From Scenedesmus sp. PABB004 (lineage: Eukaryota), in assembly GCA_014905635.1 (NCBI GenBank), contig JABVCE010000011.1, positions 310,001-374,000 on the forward strand: a stretch of 64,000 bases of DNA. Reading direction: 5' to 3'. Positions within the stretch are counted from its first letter, which is position 1. Each line of letters starts with the position of its first letter. This document shows, one piece after another, positions 12,508 through 21,568 of the stretch. The translations under genes were made by a program, and so were the position numbers. The notes under the pieces are model-generated. The model had not been told where the DNA came from, did no database searches, and saw only the letters and a list, made by a program, of their open reading frames with translations.

Positions 12508-15500
12508 CGCCGCAGCACAAGCGGCTGGTGCTGGAGGTGCGTTGTGCGCCGCCGCCGTGCCGGAGGGGGAGCCCGCTGGCTCGCCACCCTGGCGCGCAGG
12601 CATGCGCCGGGGCCCCAGACCCAACCTGGCGCCGCCCCGCAGGTGGTGCTGCGGGGTAAGGCTCTGCCCGGCGGCAAGCTGGTCGCGCGGGGCGAGTGGA
12701 GCGGCGTGCAGCTGCTGGCCGCCAGCCCGCCGCCGCCGACGACGTGGGCGGGCGTGTTCGCGGTGCGCCGCACGCTGCACGCGCCGCCGCGTTGCCGGGC
12801 CGCCCCCCGCCCACGCGCTGGCCCCCGCCCGCCCGCCCGCCTGCCTGCCCGTCCCTCCCCCGCTCCAGTTCCGGCGCTGCCAGCTGCCCGGCATCGTCCT
12901 GCCGCTGGAGGGGATCGAGGGCGGCACCGTGGAGCTCATCGCTGCCGCGGCCGACGCCGACGGCCGCGCCGCGATGTACGGCGTGCCCCAGCTCAGCCTC
13001 GAGGCGGCTGCGGTGCTCGGCGCGCCGCCACAGGCGCCGGGGGGCAGCGCGCCAGCCAGCGCGCCGGCGTCGCCGCGGCGCGCGAGCCGCGACGCGCCAG
13101 TCGCGGCGGCCGCTGCCGTCGCGCTCGCGCGGCGGCGTGGCGCCGCGGCGCCTCCGGCGCCTGCGCCCGCGGCTGCGGAGGCGGAGGCGGAGGCACCTGC
13201 ACGGCCGGGCGCTGCAGCGGGCGCGGGCGGCGACCGCAGCTGGGGCGGCTGGCTCGTGCGAAAGGTGCGCGGCGGCCTTCAAGCCCCCCCCCCCCTCGCC
13301 TGCCTGCACGCCCGCGTCTCACCCGCCGCGCGCGCCGCGCCCGCAGCTGCCGCGCCCGCTCGGCGCCCGCGGCGCCGCCGGCGGCGGCGCCGAGTCGGGC
13401 GCGCCCCGCACCCCGCGGCGGCCCTCGCCCTTCGCCAGCAGCACGACCGCCAGCATCATCGCGGCCGCCGGCGCGGCGGCCGGCGCCGCCGGCGACGGCG
13501 GCGGCGGCGCCGCCGGGCCGGCGCTCGGCGAGCGGGCGAGCCCGATCGCCGGCCTGCCGGTCACGCCGGGGCGCGGCATGCTGTCCGGGCCGCTCGCGAC
13601 GCTGCAGCTGGTGCTGCACCGCGTCGACGTCTCGCCCGAGCCGCCCCGGGGCTGGTTTGTCGTTTTGAAGCTCGGCCAGCACTGGGCCAAGAGCACCGTG
13701 AGGTGCGCGCCGAGCCTCGGCCGGCCCGCCGCACCGTCACCGCGCCCCCGCCTGGCCGTTGCGTCACGTCACCGCGCGCCGTCGCGCCCAGCCGCCGCGT
13801 CATGCCGCGCGGCCCGTCGCAGGCGCGACGCCGAGTTTGCGTGGCAGCTGAGCGTGCCCATCTATCACCCGACCACGACGCTCATCCTCGTGGTCTTTGG
13901 CGACGCGGGGCGCGGCCGCCTTGCATTCCTCGGCAAGAGCAGCTTCCGCATCTCGGCGCTCCTCTACCTCAACCGCCGGTGCGTGCGCCGCCAATGCCGC
14001 ACGCGTTCGCCGCACGCGCGCCCGGCGCGCCGCGCCGCCCCTTGCGGCCGCCGCGTGCCGCCGCCGCCGCCGCGTCAAACCGCCCGCGTCGAGGCGCGCA
14101 CCGCCGCGCGGCGATGCGCAGGGAGGTGGTCAAGTCGCTCAAGCTGCGCGTCGCCGGCGCGGGTGGCATCCCAGAGCCCAGCGGCGGCGGCACCGGCGCG
14201 CTCGGCGGCGCGGCGGACTCGCCGCACCCGCCCGTCGTCGCGCCGGGCGCGACCGTGAGCCAGGTGCGGCGCCCGCGCCCGCGCGCGCGCGCGTCGCCTC
14301 CTCCGCGCGCCCCTCGCACGCCGCGCCGCCGCCGCCGCCGCCGCCGCCGCGCGCGCGGCCCGGCCCGCAGGTGACCGGGTCGGTGCTGCTGGGCGTCACG
14401 TGCTCCATCCCCGACCAGCAGCGCCTGCTGCAGGCCTACGAGCGCTCCCAGTACCCGCCCCAGGCGCGCGCCGCTGCGGGCCTGGGCCAGGGAGGGGCCT
14501 CGGGGGGGGGGGGGGGGGGGCCCGCGCCGCGCGGGTGCGGTCCGCGGCACCGCCGCCGAGCGCGCGGCCCACTTGCTGCCACGCCCCGCTGCCCTCTCCT
14601 TCCGCTGCCAGGTGCACCACATCAGCCTATTCCACGCGGTGAGCCGCGACACGATCGTCACCGCGACGCACGCCAAGGTCGTCGCGTGGCTCTCAAGTGC
14701 GGCGCCGCGCCGCCGCCAGGCCGCGTCCGCCCGCGCCCGCCCCCGCTCCCACCCGGCGTGCCGCCGCCCACCCGGCCGCCGCGCCCACGCGCGCCCGTTC
14801 ACCGCGCGGCGCCCAGGCGGCGCGGAGCCGCCCATCCCCGAGGCCGCGGCGTGGAAGGTGCTGGAGACAGGGCGGGAGAAGTTCCGCCTCGGGCGCGCGC
14901 GGTGCGGCGCAGCGCCCGGGGCTCAGGGCCCAGCCGCGCCGCCGCTGGAGACGGGAGTGCACGCGCGCCGCCGCCGCCGCCACGCGATGCCCCCGGCGCC
15001 GCCGCGCGCGCCCCTCCCTGCGCGCGCGCGCCAGGCACAACATCCAGCGCCTGAAGGACGCCACGTCCTGGGTGCCGCGCAGCTGGGCAGCATTCCAAGA
15101 CCTCAAGGCGTGCTTCTGCCGCGCGTTGCGCCCCGCCCCGCCCCGCCCCGCCCGCGGCACCGCCCGCCGAGCCGCGCCGCGCCGCGCTGTGACGATGCAC
15201 CCGCGCCGCGCGGCCGCGCCGCCGCCGCGCCGCCGCCGCCGCCGCCGGTGCAGGCGTGGGTGCGGCCGTGGCACAACGCCGCGAGCGTGTTTGTGATGGC
15301 CGCCATCTGCTTCCGCCCCGTGGAGAGCCTCTTCGCATTCCTCCTGTGGCGCAGCTCCCTCGCGCTCCGCCGCCTGCTGATGCACGTGCGCGCCGCGGCG
15401 CGGCGGGGGCGCGCGCACGCGTGCGCGCCGTCTCCGCTCGCCGCCCGCTGCGCCGCTGCGGCGCGCCGCGTGGCTCCGCCGCTCGCCCCGCGCGCCCGCT

Positions 15501-16540
15501 CGCCCTCACGCCCCATCACTGATGGGCGACTCCCGCTCACTCCTCTCCTCCCGCCCCGCCCCCTGCCCCGCCAGGGCCTGGTCGAGTACCTGGGGCTGGA
15601 CCTGGGCGAGCTGCTCGACACCTCGCGCCTCCTGCCCTCGGGTGGGTGGACGGACGCCAGCGGCGCCCCCCGGGGCCCGGTGCCGGCCGCCGTCCGCGCC
15701 GCGGCGGCGCAGCCGGCAGGCGCCGCGCCGAGCCTGCCCCGCCCCGCCCCGCCCCGCCCCGCCCCGCCGCGCCCCGCCCCGCCCCGCCCCGCCGCGCCGC
15801 ACCCTCACAGACCTGTTTTACGCCGGCGACGGCGAGGACGAGGACGACGACGCCGCGTCGACCGCGAGCGGCGGCAGCGGCAGCACGCTCGGCGGCGGGC
15901 CCTGGGGCGGCGGCGCGGGCGGCGCGGGCGGCGCGGGCGCCGGCGGCGGCGGCTGGGGCAGCAGCGGCGGCGGCGGCGTGCGGGACCTGGCGGCGATCAT
16001 GATGTTCCAGCCGCGCCGCATCAAGCTGCTCAAGCGCCGCTACGAGCAGCTGCTGCGCATCTCGCTGCAGGTGCGCGCGGCGGCGGCCCGCACCGCGCGG
16101 TGTGTGTGCTGCGCGTGCTGCGCGTACTGAGTGCGCGCTGTGCGCCTGGCGCGCCCGACAGGTCCAGAACCGCATCGACGACATTGCCATGGTCTTCGAG
16201 CGCCTGCAGGCGCGTGCGCGCCACACGCGCGGCGGCCCCGCGCCACGCCGGCCCCAGCCTGCCCGCCCACCTGCTGATCTGCCCGCCCGCCCCCGCGCGT
16301 GCGCGCGCCCATCACGTGCAGGCGATGGTGACGGGGCAGGACCCGCTGGCCACCGCGCTCTTCTTCTGGCGCTGCCTGCTGCTCGCGGCGGCGCTGTGGG
16401 CGGTCGGGCCCGGGACGCTGATCTTCGCGTGGTGGTGCTGGGAGGTGCTGCGCCCGCCCGGCTGGCGGCGGCCGCCCGGCGTCAAGGGGCCGATACAGTT
16501 CGTGCAGAACCTGCCGTCCAAGTCCACCGAGGAGGTGTGA
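10398..16540 (+). CDS. Multiple C2-domain and transmembrane protein (MCTP/QUIRKY-like with PRT_C-like C-terminus), about 20 exons
   Basis: C2 motifs LHVR|VLGARDLAPKSKASLPDCYVKV...LDPDWQEEF...VEVWAWD...DECLG; later C2 exons (WFVVLKLGQHWAKST, LVVFGD); C-terminal LQ|VQNRIDDIAMVFERLQ|AMVTGQDPLATALF...LRPP...FVQNLPS; ATG 10398, TGA 16538-16540. Confidence 0.85.
12443..12505. repeat. (GCC)n microsatellite, about 21 units, in an intron of the C2 gene
   Basis: Uninterrupted GCC run just before the acceptor. Confidence 0.9.
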
Positions 16541-16689
16541 CCGCGTCAACGGGCCGGGATTCGGTTACCTCTGCCTGATCGGCACCGCCCCGACGAGTGC
16601 TGCGCGGGGCACGCAGACCGCACAGCTGCGCACTCTCTGGCCAGCGACGGCCGCCCCGCGGCGCCTCCGCCTCAACCCTCAGGCGCCGC

Positions 16690-18000
16690 TCACTCGTGCA
16701 GCGGGCAGCCGCGCGGCGGCGCCGCCGCCGCCGGCGCCCCCGCGAGCCGGTGCGCGCCCGTGGCGGTCGCGTACGCGGACAGCGCGGGCATGAAATCGCT
16801 GCCACCGGTGCCCCGCGCGCCCTCGCGCGCGGCAAACTGCGCGATGTACTGTGCTGCGAAACCCCTGTGCTGCGCCCGGAACGCCGCGAGCTCGCCCACC
16901 GCGGCGTCGTAGGCCTCGGTCACGCTCGCCGCCGCGAGGCGCCGCACCGCGCCGCGCACGCTCGGCCCCGCCTCGAGCGCGTCCAGGAACGCGCGGTGGG
17001 CGGGCGGCATGTGCGCCCGCATCGCGGCGAGGTAGGTGGACAGCCTGCGGGCGCCGCCCCCGCGGCGGCGGCGCGTCGCGGCGTGTCGCGGCTGGGCGCA
17101 TGGCGAGCGGGCGGCGGGGCGCTGCCGCAGCCTGGCGCGGCGGTGGTGGCGGCGGCGGGCCGCCGCCGCGGCTGGGCCCGGCCAGGCGCGGCGGCGGCGG
17201 CGGCGGCGCACCAGCCGCGCTCGTGCTCGATGCCGAGCGCCGCGTCGAGCGCGGGCACGACGCTGCTCTGCGCGCCCGTCTCGCCGTAGAGCTGCTGCGG
17301 CGCGCCGCGCCAGAGCCCGCCGTAGACCAGTCCCCTTGGCAGCTTGGGATTGGCCCGCCAGCCCGACATCGGCAGCCGCACGCGCGTGTAATACACATGC
17401 GGATCGCACCTGCGGGTGGGCGGCAGGCGGGTGGGCGGCAAGCGGGCGAGCCGCGCGCCGCCGCCGCGCGCCGCCGGTCAGCGCCGCGCGCACCGCTCGC
17501 CCATGCACGACAGCAGCGCCTGCATCGCCTGCAGCGCCGCGACGAGCTCGCCGAGCCGCGCCTCCATCGCCGGCGCGTCGCGCCGCTCCGCGGCGGCCTG
17601 CAGCGGCCGCAGCGCCGCGAGCGCGGGGGCGGCCGCCGCCTCGATCGTCACGTGCACGGCGCGGAACCACTCCTCGTCCAGGCCGCCCAGGAAGTTCTAG
17701 CGACCGCGCGCGCGGGGCGGCGCAGCGGGCTTGCATGACAGGGCAGAGGGCTTGCAGCGCGGCGCTGGCGGCGCGCGGCGGCTCGCGGGCGAGCGCGCCG
17801 CGCCGCGCACGTGCTGGCAGGCGAGGTTGCCGAGCGCGACCGGCGCGGCGGCGTCGAGGCGGCGCCAGTTCATCAGGTTGTACGTCGCGTACACGAGCAC
17901 AGGCGGCATGCCCAGCGCGGCCGACACGGCCGCCCAGGGCTGCGCGAGCCGCGCCGGCAGCGCGTCGGGCGGGGCCGGGCCGTCGCACCAGACGTGCGCC

Positions 18001-18039
<39 letters not shown>

Positions 18040-18853
18040 TGGCGGGCGGGGCGCCGGGCTGGCGGGCGGTCTGCGGGGGGGGGGGGGGCAGCGAGCCAGG
18101 GCGCGGCCCGCGCGGCCCGTGCACCGCGCCGATGGCCTCCCGCGCCTCACGTGGCAGAGGAAGGAGAGCACCATGTACGCCCGCCACAGCTCCGCGTCGC
18201 ATGAACACCACGCCCCCGCCGCGCCGTCGGCCGCCACCGCCCGCCCGCCGGCGGCGTAGCACGCGCCCGCCGGCGGCAGCAGCTGGGGCGCCGCCAGCGC
18301 GCCGTCCACGCCGAGCGCGGGCGCGGCCGCGTTGCCGGGCGGCAGCGACGACAGCGCTGGCAGCTCGCGCAGGTCAAACGGCGGCAGCGCCTCGAGCGCG
18401 CGCCGCAGCGTGCCGGGGCCTGGCGGCGGCGGCGGCGGCGTGCTCGTGAGCGAGCGAACGGGCGGCCGCATCGACGACGACTGGGTGACCAGGGTCACCC
18501 GGCCGTGGCCACCGCCGGCCGGGCCCGTGCGGGTGCTGCTCACTGCCCAGCGCCAGCTTGGGGATGGCGTCCAGCGCCTCCTCGTACGCGGCCAGGCCGG
18601 GCGGCAGCCTGCGCCGGCGCGACGCGGTTGGCGCGGCCGGCGGCGGCCGCGGCGGCAGCGGCAGCGGCAGCGGCGGGCGCTGGCGCGCGCACCGCAGCAG
18701 CGGGTCGTGCTCCGGCAAGAACCCGCGCTCGGCGGTGACGCCGTCGAACAGAACAGCAGCGCGGCGGGCTGCGGCGCGCCCGCGGCAGGCTGCGGCGCGG
18801 CGCGGCGCCGCGGGCCGCTGCCGCTGCGGCCGCGCCGCCGCCGCGGCGCGCAT
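16690..18853 (-). CDS. IDO: Indoleamine 2,3-dioxygenase family heme enzyme with Arg/Ala-rich putative organellar presequence, 7 exons
   Basis: GFLPEHDPL, AYMVLSFLCH, LGMPPVLVYATYNLMNW, FLGGLDEEWFRAVHVTIE, RLPMSGW, GETGAQSSVVPALD, MRAHMPPAHRAFL, FRAQH (proximal His), GTGGSDFM; ATG 18853, TGA 16692-16690. Confidence 0.93.
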
Positions 18854-19251
18854 GGCGCCCCGGAGCGACCGCGGCAGCGCCTGAGGCGACCAGGCGCAGC
18901 ACGTGGCTCCGGGACGGGCGCGGCCAGCCCGGGCTGCGGCGCGGCGCGGGGGTTGGCGGCGAGCGCTCTGCTGCTGTTGCTCCGGCCCGCGGCGGCGGCC
19001 GCGCAGGTCGATGATCTCCAACTCCGCTCCCGTGCTACACCCGCCGCGGCGGCGCCGCAGAGGTTGCCACCCAGGCCCTGCGCGATCCTCCTGGCTCCCG
19101 CCAGCGGCGGCGGTGCAGCGCGTGCCAAAGCCCCACGTGCGCGGCGCAGCCAACGGCGCCACCGGCCGATCGCAGGGCCCACTTTCTACACGCACGCCGC
19201 CGCGCCACGCGCCTCGCGGGCTCCGCCGCTCGCGAGGGCTCGACCGCTGAG

Positions 19252-19368
19252 GGCATCGCCTCAACCATCGCGCCTTTCCGTCTCTCAAGTTCGAAAGGCG
19301 CCGGAGTGCACCCAACCACCCCAGACGCCTTCCGCACTTGAGCGACGCAGGGCGCGACGGCCGGTGCC
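19252..19368. ncRNA. Long imperfect hairpin A (pre-miRNA-like)
   Basis: Arm 19265-19308 (ccatcgcgcctttccgtctctcaagttcgaaaggcgccggagtg) pairs with 19317-19360; loop cacccaac; several + strand A-C mismatches become G-U pairs on the - strand. Confidence 0.55.
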
Positions 19369-19676
19369 GCCGCGCTGCTGCAGATGGCGCAAAGCGCGGT
19401 GCACGCGGCCGCAGAGCGCCGACCCGCCGCGCCCGCGCGGGTGGCGCCGCAACGTCCGAGGCGCGCCACGCCGCTGCCGGCTCGGCGCGCGGGCGGCTCG
19501 GCGGCGCGGCGCCGCCGCGCGGAGGAGCAGCGACCGGGAGGCGCGCGGCCCCGCGCCAGGGCCCCTGCGTCGTCGACGGCTGCTGCGGCGGCCCCGCGCG
19601 CGCGACGGGCGGGAAGTAGGAATGCGACAGAGGCGGGCAACCTCGGCAGCGCGGCGCGGCGCGGCACCCGCTGCGG

Positions 19677-19842
19677 CCGCCGCCTCGGGGCAGCGCTGCA
19701 CGCAGCGCGGCAGCGCTGCGCGGGCGTCCAGGGCATCCGGGCCGCCCTGCTTGACGAGCGCGGACGACCCGGTGGTCGCCTGAGGCAGTCAAGGAGGTCG
19801 GCCCGGATGCCCACGTGCAGCGCTGCCGCCGCGAGGCGGCGG
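19677..19842. ncRNA. Long hairpin B (pre-miRNA-like)
   Basis: 19731-19755 (gggcatccgggccgccctgcttgac) is the reverse complement of 19788-19812 with 2 mismatches; an outer ggcagcgctgc(a/g)cg arm pairs with 19814-19829; inner cgacc/ggtcg stem. Confidence 0.55.
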
Positions 19843-20038
19843 GCGCAGCGGGCGCGCGCACGCGGCCGCCCTGCCCAGCGCGCGCGGCGCGCGCGAGCAG
19901 TGCGCGCAGCGGCCAGCAGCGAAGGCCAGCGGAGGCGGCCAGCGGGTGCGGGGGGCGGCGTCGGAGGCCGGCGGCGCCGCGCAGCAGCCCCCGGCGGCGG
20001 GCCTGCCCACGCGCAGCAGCGGGCGCAGCACGGCGCGC

Positions 20039-20145
20039 GCCAACCTGGCCGCCGTGCAGCCCTTGACGCTCGCGTCGTATGTGCCCTGGTGTATCCTGGG
20101 CACCTTTGACGCGAGCTCCAAGGGCTGCACGGCGCCAAGGTCGGC
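20039..20145. ncRNA. Long hairpin C (pre-miRNA-like)
   Basis: cgccgtgcagcccttg (16 bp perfect) + gctcgcgtc (9 bp) + gtgccc (6 bp) pair with gggcac...gacgcgagc..caagggctgcacggcg; about 45-bp stem. Confidence 0.65.
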
Positions 20146-20713
20146 TGCCAGCCCGGCAGCGCCTCGTGTGTGCGCACGCGCGCGCGCGGCCCGGCGACGG
20201 CGCCACCCGGCAACCACAGCCGCCGCTGCGGTGCTCGACGCGTGCGTGCGGCCGAGCGCATCGGCGCCGCAGCGCGCGTGCTGGCGCGGCCGCGCGGCCT
20301 CGCCGCGCGGCACGCGTCGCTGGCCGTGAGAGCGTCGCCAGCAGCGGCGGCGGCGGGGCAGCCGAGGCAGCCGAGGCAGTACAGGCGGCGCTGCCCGGCG
20401 GCGGGCTCTGCCTCACGCTCGCAGCGGGTGGGTGGAGAGCGCTGCGCGCGGCATTGGCGCGCTCACGCGGCCTCACTCTCACCCAGCACCTTCGCAGGCG
20501 CAGGCGCTGCGTGCGCACGCAGACAGCAAGGCCCAGACCTCTACGGCCCTGCTTCTCACGCCGGGCGGGCGTTGCGTCTTGGAGGGGGGGGGGGGGGTGC
20601 GGCTGCAGCCCGCGGCGGCGGCGCGCCCTGCGGCGCCTGCGGCTGGGGCGCGACGATCACACCCCGGCTCGCTCGCGCAGGAGACGGTCGGTCAGGTCGA
20701 CCCTGCGGGAGGG

Positions 20714-20876
20714 GCAGCCCTGGACGACCATCTCCGGCGCCCTCGGGGAGCTCCTGCAGCAGGCGCGCGTGGCCCTCCAGGCCTACCTGGCAGTTGCTGC
20801 CAGGCGGACCTCGAGGACCACGCGCACCTGGTCGGGGGAGCTCGCCGAGGTCGCCGGAGCGCTGCCCGAGGGCTGC
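20714..20876. ncRNA. Long hairpin D (pre-miRNA-like), about 62-nt arms
   Basis: 20732-20793 versus the reverse complement of 20797-20859 gives about 50 Watson-Crick pairs, loop TTG; closing stem gcagccct/agggctgc. Confidence 0.65.
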
Positions 20877-20933
20877 GCCGCCAGCGGGGGAGCGGCCAGC
20901 GCGCCTCTAGCTCGCGGCTCACCCGCGACGCCC

Positions 20934-21000
20934 GACGAAGGCGGGGAAGACCCAGAGGTGGCAGACCTCCTTCTCCGACCGCTGTGTCCTCCTCGCCGTC
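20934..21000. ncRNA. Imperfect hairpin E
   Basis: ggcggggaagacccagaggtggcaga pairs ungapped with tctccgaccgctgtgtcctcctcgcc at 20 of 26 positions. Confidence 0.4.
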
Positions 21001-21037
21001 TGCAAGCACAGGAAGAAAAAGCGCGCGCGTGACGCCC

Positions 21038-21166
21038 AGGCGCACGCCGACGCACCGTCGTGAGCCTCGCGCTTTGGCAAAGTGCGCGTCTCCGTGACCG
21101 GGCCACGGCGACGCGCACTCTGCCGCGCGCGGGGCGCACGAGCGCGTGTCGGGCTCGTGCGGGCCT
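21038..21166. ncRNA. Long hairpin F (pre-miRNA-like)
   Basis: ggcaaagtgcgcgtctccgtg (21076-21096) pairs with cacggcgacgcgcactctgcc (21104-21124); outer tcgtgagcctcgcgc with gcgcggggcgcacga; further outer ccgac/gtcgg and gcacg/cgtgc. Confidence 0.6.
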
Positions 21167-21367
21167 GAGCTGCGTGCCGCGCGTCGTGTGCCCGTCCCGC
21201 CTCGCTGCCGGCGCCGTTTTGAGGCCGGCAGGGGGGGGGGTCGTGGGTGCGGCCGCGCGCGGCGAGGCCGAGGCCGAGGGCCGCGGCAGGGCGGGCGCGG
21301 CCGGCCGGCTGCGGCGCGGTGCGGGGTTGGCGGCGCGCGCTCAGCTGCCGCTGCGGCTCGAGGCGGG

Positions 21368-21462
21368 TCGCGGCGGTCGCGGCGGCTCGCGGCGGCTCGC
21401 GGCGGCTCGCGGCGGCCGGGCGGTCGCGGCGGCTCGCGGCGGGTCGCGGCGGCTCGCGGCGG
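21368..21462. repeat. Minisatellite of about 10-nt unit (TCGCGGCGGC), about 9 imperfect copies
   Basis: Directly visible tandem tcgcggcggc units between the hairpin cluster and the Ubl-E2 stop codon. Confidence 0.8.
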
Positions 21463-21568
21463 TTGGGTGCAACTCTCCTGTTTCATGAGCAGCAGCCTGC
21501 AACAACCTGCCCTTGCCTGACAACAACGCCAGCAACGCAGCTGCCAAAGCCTCAAAGCCCCGCCGCGG

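Noticed and set aside
19789..21032. Protein-looking fragments in the hairpin region (e.g. LGAVQPLELASKVPRIHQG, ISGALGELLQQARVALQAYL)
   Set aside because: No consistent frame, start or splice structure; their complexity coincides with the hairpin arms, so RNA structure explains them better.
19252..21166. Hairpin array as a CRISPR array or MITE cluster
   Set aside because: No repeated unit with spacers, no cas or transposase gene, eukaryotic context, and no shared termini or evident target-site duplications.
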